From Octopus vulgaris (lineage: Eukaryota), in assembly GCA_951406725.2 (NCBI GenBank), contig OX597836.1, forward strand, positions 46,252,001 through 46,316,000: DNA of 64,000 nt, in the 5' to 3' direction. Positions within the stretch are counted from its first letter, which is position 1; the number at the start of each line of letters is the position of its first letter. The notes under the pieces were generated by a model, which saw only the letters and a list, made by a program, of their open reading frames with translations, was not told the DNA's origin and ran no database searches. Positions 43,712 to 57,137 of the stretch are shown piece after piece. The position numbers and the translations under genes were made by a program.

Positions 43712-44017
43712 TGTTGTTTGTCTTTTCCTTCTCGAGCCATGCCTGGCTCATAAGGGCCGGTTTCCGGTTTCCTTGGCGTATAGGCTCCCTACCTGGACGG
43801 GACGCCGGTCCATCGCAGGTGAGCTGCAAGATGCAGGAGGAAAGAGTGAGAGAAAGTTGTGGCAAAAGAGTCAGCAGAAGTTTGCCATTACCTTCTGCCA
43901 GAGCCACGTGGAGCTTAGGTGTTTCGCTCATAAACACACACATCGCCCGGTCTGAGATTCGAACCCGCGACCCCTCGACCGCGAGTCCGCTGCTCTAACT
44001 ACTAGGCCATGTGCCTC
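43712..44017 (-). mobile_element. SINE family C, tail type 3
   Basis: Minus: ggaggcacatggcctagtagttagagcagcggactcgcggtcgagggg..ttcgaatctc head, then cctgcgatggaccggcgtcccgtccagg. Confidence 0.82.
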
Positions 44018-44081
44018 CACAACAATACTAGATACGTTCTATTATGTGCATTTACAATGTTTTACTTAAGGAAAACAATTA

Positions 44082-44472
44082 TTACCTCCGCAAAGGAAGG
44101 AGTTTATGTTTTCATTGGCGTTGGTTTGTCCGTCTGTGTGCAAAATAACTCAAAAAGTTGTGAACGGTATTTGATGAAATTTGCAGGAAAAGTTGGTAAT
44201 GACACAAGGAAAAGATGATGAAATTTTGGTAATGATCTGGGAATTTTTATAGATTCTTGAAGGATTTTTCATTTGTTATATTTACTTTACATGAAGTATT
44301 ACAATGTTACGTTCTTTGATTATCTCCCCTGAAAACACGTTCATCGTTTCCACGTAACCTATGGTGGCGTTGCTGTTTCCAAAGTTTATTTTCGATTGTA
44401 ATTTTAGTCGCGTATCTATCTTAAAATGAGCTGCTTGGCGGAGGTCTGCGCTCTCCGAGTGCTTTTCTAGTT
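44082..44472 (+). mobile_element. HINE/DINE-like element, shorter relative of 40549
   Basis: ttacctccgcaaaggaagg..ggcggaggtctgcgctctccgagtgcttttctagtt. Confidence 0.65.
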
Positions 44473-44586
44473 GCTGTTTAATCTTAGTTCAGCAGTGATC
44501 AGTGAAATTTATGATGAAAATCATTTCATATGTACCTATCTCACTTATTTAGGTTTATCTAGAACTATATTATCAAGTGTGTCTCT

Positions 44587-45012
44587 GAGGCTGTGTGGTA
44601 AGTATAAAAGAATGGAAGAGTATATAGGTGAGGGCGAGATTGTGTGGTTCCTGACCCTGTGGTTCCAGGTTCAGTCCCACAGCGTGACCACTTGGGCAAG
44701 TGTCTTATACTATAGCCTCAATGGGGTCGACCAAAGCCTTGAGTGGATTTGGTTGACGGAAACTGAAAGAAGCCCGATGTTCATATATGTGTGTGTAGGT
44801 GTGAGTGTTTATGTCTGTGTTTGCCCCCACCCTTTCACCGCTTGTTGGTGCGTTTATGTTCTCGTGACTTAGAGGTTCGGCAAAAGGAGCTCGATATAAT
44901 AAGTACCAAGCTGAAAGAAAACAAAAAGACTGGGGTCGATTCATTTGACAAAAAGGTTTTCAAGGCGGTGTTCTAGCATGGCCGCAGCCTAATAACTGAA
45001 ACAGATAAAAGT
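44587..45012 (+). mobile_element. SINE family A, diverged
   Basis: ggttcagtcccacagcgtg..ttgggcaagtgtc..aaggcggtgttctagcatggccgcag. Confidence 0.8.
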
Positions 45013-45053
45013 TATGTGTGCATATATATATATGTGTGTGTGTATGTATGTAT

Positions 45054-45271
45054 ATACAAAATTAAGAGGAATAACCACTAAAGTGGACTCCTAATATGCT
45101 AAACATAGACGTCAAATGGCGATTTGACGTCTATGTTTAGCATGTTAGGTGTCCACTTTAGTGGTTATTCCTCTAAATTTTGTATGTAACAATTTTTAAT
45201 CTTCGGATTTTTAAAATATGCTAAGCCACTGGTTTTAATTGATTAACATCAATTTCTACCCTTATTATTTA

Positions 45272-45272
<1 letters not shown>
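45054..45272. mobile_element. TA-flanked Penelope-like terminus with a 64 bp-arm palindrome
   Basis: Arms 45054-45117 and 45122-45185; tail homologous to 54625-54760. Confidence 0.75.
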
Positions 45273-45355
<83 letters not shown>

Positions 45356-45375
45356 TATATGTATATATATGTATG

Positions 45376-45450
<75 letters not shown>

Positions 45451-45515
45451 GTATGTATGTATGTATATATATGTATGTATATGTATATATATGTATATAT
45501 ATATGTATAGATATT

Positions 45516-45596
<81 letters not shown>

Positions 45597-45604
45597 TTTA
45601 TTTT

Positions 45605-45825
45605 AAGCAGCAGAAAATTCAACAAAATCTGTTACTCTGAGTTTCTCGTTGCCGTTCATCAGACAGTTTTTGCTAGCAAAAACTGTCTGATGAACGGCAA
45701 CAAGAAACTCAGAGTAACAGATTTTGTTGAATTTTCTGCTGCTTTAAATAAAGCATATTACTCTACCACTGGTATTTGAGTACTCTTTTTTCCACCTTGT
45801 TTCACATTTATGTGTTTACTCCGGT
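45605..45825. mobile_element. TA-flanked element: near-perfect 70 bp-arm palindrome with a hammerhead on each strand plus an 80 bp tail
   Basis: Axis 45674/45675; ctgt-CTGATGA-a cg gcaa cg a-GAAA-ctc a gag-TA-acag at 45629-45666 (-) and 45683-45720 (+, one change). Confidence 0.85.
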
Positions 45826-47068
45826 ATATATATATATAAAAGATGCTACAGTGTGATTTGGGGAAGATTTTGTTCCTATTTCCCTTCTGATCCGGTGGTC
45901 TTGGTTTAAAGGAGCCAGTCCTTTTGTAGTGCTATCCCTATAGATAACCCGGGTACCCTTATTCTTTATAGTTTCTTTTTCGGTAAGCTGGGGACAACAA
46001 GAACACCAACCTGATGCCGAGCCTTCATCGATGCCGTAGAACGGAGTGCAGACTTTTTGTACGGTTTGAAGATAACCGCCCACTATTTCGTCCCGCCGGT
46101 GACGGGGACCTTAAACAGGATCATAGGTTCATAGGGTAACGAGGTCGTGGGGTCATGGCTATGCTCTTCTTTCTTTCCTAAACACAAAAAGGAACACTCT
46201 TCATCTGAGCAGTGCATTGTCACAGGACACAGGGACAGATTTTGGTCATGTGCATCTACTTGATTATGGACAAGATCGCTGTAAGGGATCACTATAGGGG
46301 AATGTCAACCAAAGCTCTGTCCCTCTAGGTTGGTGGACCTTAGAAATAGCATGAGATTGATGCGGACGCCTTCTGATGGTGGTGGAGGCGGAGACAGTGA
46401 TAGTGGTGGTGGTGGTGGTGGTGGTGGTGGTGGTGGTGGTGGTGGTGGTAGTGGTAGTGGTAGCGGTGGTGGTGGTGGTGGTGGTGGTGGGGATAGTGGT
46501 GGTGATAGTGGTTGTGGTGGTAGTGGTGGTGGTGTGACAAGGAAAAAGGACAAATGACGTGATAAGAGAGAAAGTTGTGTATAAGAAATAGAGACATCAA
46601 TAGCTAGTGGTTATTTACCAATAAATCGATAGATCACAAGGTGTTTATTCCTTCGGTATTAATAGTAAACATTGCAGGGGGATGTGGAGAGGAAGTCGGA
46701 ATTAGTCAGAACGATGGAAATCAAAGAGCTTTACATCGATCCTCAAATTGAACACCTCCACCTCAAGCTATACCACGTGACCAAGCAATGTGGTCACCTC
46801 GCATGCTAGAAATAATAACGAAATCTATCTGAAACCACACCAAATGATTTTTATAAAAGAGGAACAACATCTTCGTTAATATAGTTCCCAATATAGAGGG
46901 GACTAAAAAAAAAAATAAGTGAGGGACACTCGGGGCTAGAAAACCTCTTCACGGGGTCTGGACGGGGTTTACACAACAACTACTACTACTGCAATAACTA
47001 CTACTACAACAACTACAACAACAACAACAGAAGCAGCAACAGCAGATGTTTTAATTAACTATCACGTT

Positions 47069-47161
<93 letters not shown>

Positions 47162-47214
47162 TTGTGTGTGTGTGTATGTGTGTGTGTGTGTGTGTGTGCA
47201 TACGTAAAAATTTA

Positions 47215-47572
47215 GAATGAGAAAGCAAAACAATGTTATTCCAAAAGCTGGAGCTGTTTGAATGAGGAACGGTGCCCCACCCACCATATTCGCCGGATAT
47301 CGCCCCATCTGATTATCGCTTATTCTGCAATCTTCAAAATCATTTGGACGGAAAAAATATGAATTCTGTAGACGAGGTCAGAACAGTAGTGGAGGAGTAT
47401 TTTCGTCACAAACAAGTGAATTTTGGAAGGGGAGCCATGCAAGTCTACTAAATAAATGGAAGAGCATTGTAGAAAATGAAGATGAGTATATTTTAGATTA
47501 AAAAAAGAACTTTATCTTAATTTTGAAAAATAAAAATATAAAAAACTGCATTATTTATGGGATGACCCAGTA
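47215..47572 (+). mobile_element. Mariner transposase 3' remnant with TIR
   Basis: PHPPYSPDIAPSDYRLFCNLQNHL motif; ends tgcattatttatgggatgacccag-TA. Confidence 0.88.
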
Positions 47573-47676
47573 AATAATATATAATTATAGTCATTATTAA
47601 AAAGGATCTACGTGTGTCTTCTCTTATATATATTGTATGGTAATGCTTCAACACGGAGAAAACACTCGATCGTCAG

Positions 47677-48106
47677 AACTTTTCGGTTTGAACGGCAGTT
47701 TTTTAAAATAATTTCCACGAAACTAAAGATTTTTAAACTTCGTATACTGGTAGAATGTGTTTATAAAACATCTTTTTCTCTTGGCTTTATTGAGAAAATT
47801 CTATAGTTTGTAAGATATTTGTTGTTTTTTCTTCAATTTCTGCAATTTCAACCAATCAATGACGTCTATTGAGGTGAAAAAAATTCTGTGCTGTATGAAA
47901 ATGTCCCTCGTTTAAGAAACAGATTGGGTTTATTTACATTTCTGAAGAAAAAAAGATACCCTTCCCCGCACCCCTAACTCTAACCCTAACTAACCCTAAC
48001 CCTAAAACAGATTGAAATGCAATAGATCGATACTAGGGTCATAATTATGGGTGACAATTTTATATGACACCGCTAGAAAAAACTGCCGTTCAAATTGAAA
48101 AGATCC
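47677..48106. mobile_element. MITE with TIRs and internal (CCCTAA)n-like repeats
   Basis: cttttcggtttgaacggcagtttt versus aaaactgccgttcaaattgaaaag; ccctaa repeats at 47972-48006. Confidence 0.75.
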
Positions 48107-48109
48107 CCA

Positions 48110-48545
48110 AATAGCAACCCAGGGTCTCCTGGTCAAAATAATAATTTATTCCGCCATTTATCAAGCTGAAGCAAGACTATTTGCCAGTTTTTTAATTTTT
48201 TTTTAGCAGATAACGTTTAAACAAGAGACGCTTGAAAGAAGTCAACGAGGAAAAACTCAAGGGAGATCATCAACGTTACAATAATTCGATATCAAGCAGG
48301 TGTAAACCGGATGTTAAAAGCTTATTAAGTGTCCGGTGGTCTACTTTTAAATTCGACAAGATGTATTTTTTGAAATATGGACATAAAAAAATCTCGTTCC
48401 TTGAATTGTGTATTCGATCGAGGTTCTCAAGTGTTTTAATAGATATAGTTTTTCAAGCGAACACAATGAGCATTTTTTAGACCCGTTAATATAGGGTCTA
48501 CATTTAGAGGGGATTTTCCATTTTGTGTGCATTTATGCACATTTG
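48110..48545 (-). mobile_element. Penelope-like element 3' remnant (GIY-YIG endonuclease C-terminus)
   Basis: KWKIPSKCRPYINGSKKCSLCSLEKL matches the W..PY.....C.LC..EK signature of PLE endonucleases. Confidence 0.75.
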
Positions 48546-48589
48546 AACGATTTTATATATGATCTTATCAAAGATATTTTTTTTATTTT

Positions 48590-48852
48590 TTTATTTTTTT
48601 ATTTTATCTAGTTTCAGCTCACGAGCTGTGAACATGCTGGGGCACCGCCATTCGGTATTGCTACATGATTTTACTTCACGAATGCTTTTTAGCAATTGGT
48701 GCATGAGAGATTTTGATGTAGCTGTCCTCATCTGCACCTCCTGCTGTAAAGTTGGTTCATCTGGGACACCTGACAGGAAGAGATCCAGATTTATTTTAAA
48801 GACATCTGCATCCACCCCATGCAGGTCTCTCAGGTCCTTCGGGAAGATATTG
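48590..48852 (-). mobile_element. CR1-type LINE 3' end
   Basis: FKINLDLFLSGVPDEPT..ATSKSLMHQ then an A-rich tail. Confidence 0.75.
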
Positions 48853-49187
48853 TTGACTAGGATAATGTTGACTAGGATAAGAAAGTAAGTAGTAAATTTG
48901 AGTCAGCTTCTCTCTTCTTTTATATTTGACCGTTTCATTAAAGTAAAGGGTGCGAGGTATTCTTTATAGACCTATTTAGGAAGATAGAAGTGTAATTTAA
49001 TACATTCTTTATCCAAGCATGCCAGGCAGTTAGTTTAATATAAAACACCAGTATCAAGCTTCTGCCACTCCTATATTTTTACTGACCAAACCCTGAAAAA
49101 TGAGATCGTAAGGTATGGTGAAATAAAACTATTCAGTCGATTTATTATTCAGGTCAAATGCAATTCAAATGTTATCAGTAACATCTA

Positions 49188-49220
<33 letters not shown>

Positions 49221-49777
49221 TACTCAAAGAAATTCCAACTTTGATTTTCACGTTTTATTTACAATCTTATAATAATATAATACATAATATAATATAATAT
49301 AAGATAATATAGTGAAATGATAGAATATGAAATGTCCATTCTGACTGAACTAGTACTTTCATGCATTAAACTATGCAGTCTTCAGGTTCATGTAGTAGTG
49401 GTGACTGTTATGATTTACAATTTACAACTGTAGTGAGTTGGCTAAACTGTGTGCCTTAAATACATTTGTATAGGTTTCAGAATGTTAATTTTTGCAACCT
49501 GTATACTGACCAATCAGTGTGCGATTTTACTAAATTACATAAGTTGAATGGTGTTTGGTTTAGGCGTCACGGTTTTTTGAACATGTCAAGAGACTTGTAT
49601 TTTGACCCTGGCCAAAGCAGTTATTGTTGGGCTAATTTTAGAAATGTTGTAAACAACATTTCCCAGGAATTTTTATATTTCAATTATCATCATCATCATT
49701 ATCATCTCCTTCATTATTGTTGTCGGTGTTGTTGTTGTTGGTGGTGGTGGTGGTAGGAGTAGTTGTGGTAAATGCCT

Positions 49778-49965
49778 AGTGGTATTTCGTCTGTCTTTAC
49801 GTTCTGAGTTCAAATTCCACCGAGGTCGACTTTGCTTTTCATCCTTTCGGGGTCGATTAATTAAGTACCAGTTACGCACTGGGGTCGATGTAATCGACTT
49901 AATCCGTTTGTCTGTGCATGTTTCTTCCTTCTATGTTTAGCCCCTTGTGGGCAATGAAGAAGTAA
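49778..49965 (+). mobile_element. SINE family B, 5'-truncated
   Basis: ggtatttcgtctg..gaggtcgactttgc..gccccttgtggg. Confidence 0.85.
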
Positions 49966-50706
49966 GAACTTTAAACCCCAAAATAAGATAATTTTTACTG
50001 ACATTTCTCTTAACTTAGCTCGTATTTTCTCACTATCATCATAATGATTGTTGTTGTTGTTAGTGGTAGTGAGCGTAGCAGTAGAAATAGTACCTCTAAA
50101 TATTAGTGTTATTCTTTATTCAACTTCGGTTACAATTTATTAATAAAGTTCTTTTCTCTGATTTTTCTTTCAATTTCACTCGGATTGTGTAGTTTGTAGA
50201 ATGGAAATATTATAAATATTTTCCGACTGCATGTTTCTAGATGGTGACTCAAAGGTATCTGACGGACATCTGGTTCGCTAATTTGCTGCCAGTGCACACA
50301 TGAACGTTCTGATAGTGCATTTCCAATCTGACCTACTTATAGTTCTTCACAATTTGGGCATTTGTGTGTGTGTGGGTGTGTGTGTATTATATATAGAGGG
50401 CATTACTATACATAAATGCCACACGCTAGAAGGGACTCTTAAAGTCAAAACTACCAAAATGAATAAACACATCGTATCGAATGCGAGGGAATGCTTCTTT
50501 CGAAGCGAGCCTTTTAAAAACAGAATTCAGCTGCAAATCATATGATTTCATAATTAGTGCAGAAATGCACTTTTTAATCGTCAGTGCGAGCATAAATGAA
50601 TATTATAAGGAATGAACAAAAATCAACGTACCAGATGAACTACTCGTAACTACTTGATAAATTCTTATAAAGATTTTATCCTATTTTTAAGTTATATATA
50701 TATATA

Positions 50707-51078
50707 ATTTTTTCAGTCTACAGAGAAATTACTAAAAATTTACCCTGTTCATAAATATACCATATGATACATATTTATTACATCATACCTTGATACTGTG
50801 TGAACTAAGATCCCCGTTGACAGGTCGCTGGTATTTATAGAGTGTTAAATACTTTCGGCGTGCAAATTAGGGATCCTTCATAGAGTAACTGCTGCATTTG
50901 CTGAGTATATAAACAGTTTAGTTGCTTCTCAGGAGACTGTCAGAATGATGTAGACGCCCCTGGTGAGAACCCGATAAGGTTCGAAAATCGATTAAGGTTG
51001 TCCATCATTTTTTTCAGTCTACGGAGAAATGGCTAAAAATTTGCCCTGTTTATAATCATACCACTTGTTACATGTATA
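50707..51078 (+). mobile_element. ~300 bp unit with a terminal direct repeat and a hammerhead motif (50957-50997)
   Basis: ttttcagtctac.gagaaat..ctaaaaattt.ccctgtt at 50707 and 51007; CTGGTGA-gaacc cgataa ggttc-GAAA-atcgat-TA. Confidence 0.7.
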
Positions 51079-51706
51079 TGTAACATATATATGGCAGGTT
51101 GGATTAATGAGAACACTCTATTACACCTTAAAATACCATATACTTTTATGAATAATTATATTTCAATTTAAGATAGATCAGATAAAGCAATTTATGAATG
51201 TAGATTAAAATTCTAAATAAAAGAGACTAAATTAAATCCGAGACTACATATTCAAATTGATATTTTTGTTTTAATTAGATTCTCAAGCACATCAGTAAGT
51301 TAATTCTCAAACGTATATACTATATCGTAAAATTTAAAAAGCTAGAAATTAAACTCAAAGATTAAGAAATTGAAAGATTAAAAAAACTAAAAAATTAAAA
51401 AGTTAAATATTTTATTTAAAATATAAAAGATAGTTTTAAAATGATAATTATAAAAAATAATCATTTAAAAATAATAAAAAATAATAATTAAAGTACTTAA
51501 AACTATAGGAAGAAATTTAAAGAATTAAGAAAATTAAAAAAGTTTAATTAAAAATAATTAAAAAGTAATTAAGAAGTAATAGTTAGAAGATTAGAACAAT
51601 GAAATTAATTAAAAACGATATAACTGTATGTACCAATTTATACTAACTATACTAAATATACTAGACAAGAACAAGTATAGCTAGCGTATTATATTATTAT
51701 GCTGCA

Positions 51707-52250
51707 TTAATTTGAATGTGTACAACGTAATAATAATTCATCTCTTGTATTCAATGCATTAGATTTGGATGTAAAGATATGCAGCATCTTCTCAAGGCAT
51801 AAGTTACACTTTAGTTTCCCTCCTTGATATTGTAGCGCGCTACCTAATATCATACCTCGTATTGCTTGCTTTAGCGCTCCAGATAGATTCGCTTAAAGAG
51901 GTAAAGTTTTCAATTGTTTTCTAAATATAAACGAAACTATGATAATATAAAGCTTGTTTTTATAATTGTCCTAGCACCTATATAACAATATTTTCTCATA
52001 ATCTTACCGAGCATTTATAACCTCTTTTATCTTAAGCACTGGTTATTCAAAGGACAAGTAAGACGGCCTCTGTAATTACATAACCGGTTAAGCTTATCAT
52101 TGGATGATTGTCAGTTCGAAAGATTTATATCCCTATATATTGTCAGTGTTAGATATTGAATCAGAAACATCCTATATATTAAGATATAATATATTTGATA
52201 TACACATGGAATCTCTTATCTAAACACTGGATATCTCAAACTCACTATGT
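51707..52250 (-). pseudogene. Degenerate Penelope-like GIY-YIG endonuclease
   Basis: Manual translation across frameshifts: YKCSV..CYIGA..KCNLCLEKMLHIFTSKSNALNTRDELLLRCTH*. Confidence 0.7.
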
Positions 52251-52267
52251 ATTACCCTAGGCTTCTT

Positions 52268-52383
<116 letters not shown>

Positions 52384-52384
52384 C

Positions 52385-53010
52385 ATTGTCATTTACTTTT
52401 AATCTGCATGTTTGATGCAATCACTTGCCGGGGCACACCCAGCGCACTAGGGCAAGTGAAGGTTAAGAGTTGTTGAAATATAGTTGAAAGCTTGGGGAGG
52501 GGAAGTAGAGAAATATCTCCATGTAATACAAACACAAACATTTACATTGATAGGGTTTTTCTAAGGATGTGGGCAGTACTTGTTAGCACAATCTTTTGGA
52601 TTTCCTTGAGACATGGTTCTCCAGGGATATGTCTAGGTGTTTCTGACATCCCTTTTTTATCATACCTAGGGCACCTACAATAACAGGAACAGTTTTTGTT
52701 TTAAGATTCCACATCTTTTGTATTTCGATTTCCAGGTCCTTATATTTACTAAGTTTGTCAAATTCCTTTACAGATACATTTTTATCAGTGGGGACGCTTA
52801 CCTCTATTAGTCTGCAGGTATTTTCTTCCCTGTCTTTAACAATTATGTCTGGTCGATTAGCCTTGATCGTTCTGTCAGTGTTGACTGGAAAATCCCAGAG
52901 GATGGTGACATCCTTACCTTCAACAACTGGCTGAGGATGGTGTTCATACCAGTTAGCAGGAGTGTCGAATTTGTAGTATTTACATATCTTCCAATGTATA
53001 TACTGTCCTA
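52385..53010 (-). mobile_element. R4/Dong LINE 3' end (endonuclease domain) in (TAA)n
   Basis: ILWDFPVNTDRTIKANRPDIIVKD..KYKDLEIEIQKMWNLKTKTVPVIVGALG. Confidence 0.9.
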
Positions 53011-53169
53011 TTATTATCATTATTATCATCATTACTATTATTATTATTATTATTATTATTATTGTTATTATTATTATTGTTTTTGTTATTATCATTATCA
53101 TTATCCTTATTATTATTATTATTATTATCATTATTATCATCATTACTATTACTATTGTCATTTCCATTT

Positions 53170-53232
<63 letters not shown>

Positions 53233-53632
53233 GTTTATGAATTTGCTTTGCAAGTTTCGTGTTATAAAATCGTGTGTTGAAAAACATCTTGTTATATTTG
53301 GGGATGGTCATTTTTTTTTACCAAATAAACACCCACATTGTATATTACTGCATTGGTGCGTGTGTTTATCTGGCGACGAAAAAAATGACCATCTCGAAAT
53401 ATAAAAGTAAATTATGCATGTAAATGAGTGTGTGAGTATCTGAGTGTGCGTGTGTATAAATATATTTATATATGTTTATATGTATGTGCGTATATATATC
53501 TGCTCTTAAAGGATTCCGTTCTATATATGCTGTTCTAACAGCATCTACGCGTTGAAAAATGTCTTTCTACTTCTTCGACAATACATTTCAACGCTTCAAA
53601 AACAAGTTTGTTTACATATGACGTAATATATC

Positions 53633-53748
53633 CGCAGGAGTGGCTGTGTGGTAAGTAGCTTGCTTACGAACCACATGGTCCCGGGTTCAGTTCCACTGCG
53701 TGGTACCTTGGGCAAGTGTCTTCTACTATAACCTCGGGCCGACCAAAG
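53633..53748 (+). mobile_element. SINE family A head fragment
   Basis: gcaggagtggctgtgtggtaag..gggccgaccaaag. Confidence 0.85.
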
Positions 53749-54624
<876 letters not shown>

Positions 54625-55094
54625 CAAAATGAGGGTGAAAAAATTGTATATTAATTTAATAACATCAATTTAACACCAGTGGTTTAGCGCATAAAAAACT
54701 GAGATTCAGTAAATATTATTAATACACATATGAGAGAGAATCCACTAAAGTGGATACCCTTACGCTAACCACTAAAAATTGTTCTCAAGAAAAACTTAGC
54801 ACACTATGAACGTAAGCGAGCAGGACAAATGAAAAATAACAAAAATATAGATTAACCCCACTGTTAATAAATTATGCAATTTTACTTACACAATTAATTT
54901 GCAGATCATCAGTGCAAATTAATTGTGTAAGTAAAATTGCATAATTTATTAACAGTGGGGTTAATCTATATTTTTGTTATTTTTCATTTGTCCTGCTCGC
55001 TTACGTTCATAGTGTGCTAAGTTTTTCTTGAGAACAATTTTTAGTGGTTAGCGTAAGGGTATCCACTTTAGTGGATTCTCTCTCATATGTGTAT
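54625..55094. mobile_element. TA-flanked Penelope-like terminus with a 182 bp-arm, apparently perfect palindrome
   Basis: Arms 54722-54903 and 54913-55094; the 9 bp loop reads CTGATGATC on the minus strand. Confidence 0.85.
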
Positions 55095-55117
55095 ATGTAT
55101 ATATATATATGTATATG

Positions 55118-55259
<142 letters not shown>

Positions 55260-55262
55260 TAA

Positions 55263-55431
55263 GGCGTAGAAGTGGCTGTGTGGTAAGTAGCTTGCTTACC
55301 AACCACATAGTTCCGGGTTCAGTCCCACTGCGTGGCATCTTGGGCAAGTGTCTTCTGCTATAGCCCCGGGCCGACCAATGCCTTGTGAGTGGATTTGGTA
55401 GACGGAAACTGAAAGGAGCTTGTAGTATATA

Positions 55432-55483
<52 letters not shown>

Positions 55484-55703
55484 GTGTATATGTTTGTGTA
55501 TCTGTGTTTGTCCCCCTAGCATTGCTTGACAACCGATGCTGGTGTGTTTACGTCCCCGTCACTTAGCGGTTCGGCAAAAGAGACCGATAGAATAAGTACT
55601 GGGCTTACAAAAAATAAGTCCTGGGGTCGATTTGCTCGACTAAAGGCGGTGCTCCAGCATGGTCGCAGTCAAATGACTGAAACAAGTAAAAGAGTAAAAG
55701 AGT
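55263..55703 (+). mobile_element. SINE family A, full length
   Basis: Same structure. Confidence 0.9.
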
Positions 55704-56439
55704 ATATATATATATATACTGCCTTGTAGAATTCAAGAACTCGTATCCGTGTTGTGAATTTCCTGGTTGATGTCAGTAAAAGTCCTTAAAGAAGAGACAA
55801 CGATCAATCGAGGGGTTGCTGATCAGGTCCAGAACTAAGCAAGTCCTGTCTAGATTTCGATCTCCTTTTAAGTAGGTGTTTTTAATTAAGTGCTTTCCGG
55901 CGTGACCTCTTGGAAAAGGTCATTCAATTACGCGAGGTGCCAATGAATCTCTCCGTTTCCGTTGTTTAGAAAAATAGAGAGAGACCCAACCCACCAACAT
56001 ACAATTCCATATTGGTCCAACTGGTCAAGCCTTTGTCTTCCGCTACTAATCATCAATACAGAACTTTGTGAGAGATCCATTGTAGTTTTACAGGAAGTTC
56101 CTACTGAATCCAGTGTGCTCAGAACTGCTTTTCTGAAAGAATAGATTTCTGTACTCCGGCCCATATAATAATAATAACAACAACAACAAAAACAACAACA
56201 AAAACAACAACAACAACAACAATAATATTAATAATAATAAATGCAGACTGTGGAAAGAGTGTGGAAAATGTGACCCACTTAGTAAGTGGACGTGAGAGCC
56301 TTGCCGAACCGAATACCAGACACAAAATCTGTCAAACCGATATAAAATAGTACTTTTAAATGTGCATAATAGCCAACATTTTCTACAGTCATTTTTACAT
56401 CACACTATCATCTTATAATCTCATAATCTTATAATCTTT

Positions 56440-56604
56440 TAAAAGAAGTTCTGGTTTTCTCAGACATTCTCTAGAACAATACTTTGTGCAAAACCAAAAA
56501 AATATGGCACCCTAGTCGTAACACCAACTTGAACTTCTAACCTGTTGTCTCCTGAGGTCTCTGGGTGAGTCAACTTGTGCAAATACAAAGGAAAAGCCAA
56601 ACAT

Positions 56605-56605
<1 letters not shown>
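56440..56605 (+). mobile_element. R4/Dong subfamily 2 3' UTR
   Basis: Reverse complement of the 3' UTRs at 9703 and 12908 (gttgtctc.tgaggtctctgggtgag). Confidence 0.8.
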
Positions 56606-56635
<30 letters not shown>

Positions 56636-56645
56636 TGACAATGAT

Positions 56646-56731
<86 letters not shown>

Positions 56732-56735
56732 TGAT

Positions 56736-56800
<65 letters not shown>

Positions 56801-56804
56801 TGAT

Positions 56805-56878
<74 letters not shown>

Positions 56879-56882
56879 TGAT

Positions 56883-56926
<44 letters not shown>

Positions 56927-56930
56927 TGAT

Positions 56931-56980
<50 letters not shown>

Positions 56981-56984
56981 TGAT

Positions 56985-57043
<59 letters not shown>

Positions 57044-57047
57044 TGAT

Positions 57048-57136
<89 letters not shown>
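56606..57136. repeat. (AAT)n with a recurring caatgatt interruption
   Basis: Direct reading. Confidence 0.95.

Positions 57137-57137
<1 letters not shown>

Noticed and set aside
45840-46380. GC-richer block, possible exon or LINE fragment
   Set aside because: No recognisable motif in any frame; left unassigned.
47972-48006. Interstitial telomere
   Set aside because: A few degenerate CCCTAA units internal to a MITE.
51090-51700. Extremely AT-rich block as a mitochondrial insertion
   Set aside because: No recognisable mitochondrial gene, tRNA or rRNA; it lies directly 3' of the PLE remnant and is more simply its UTR.
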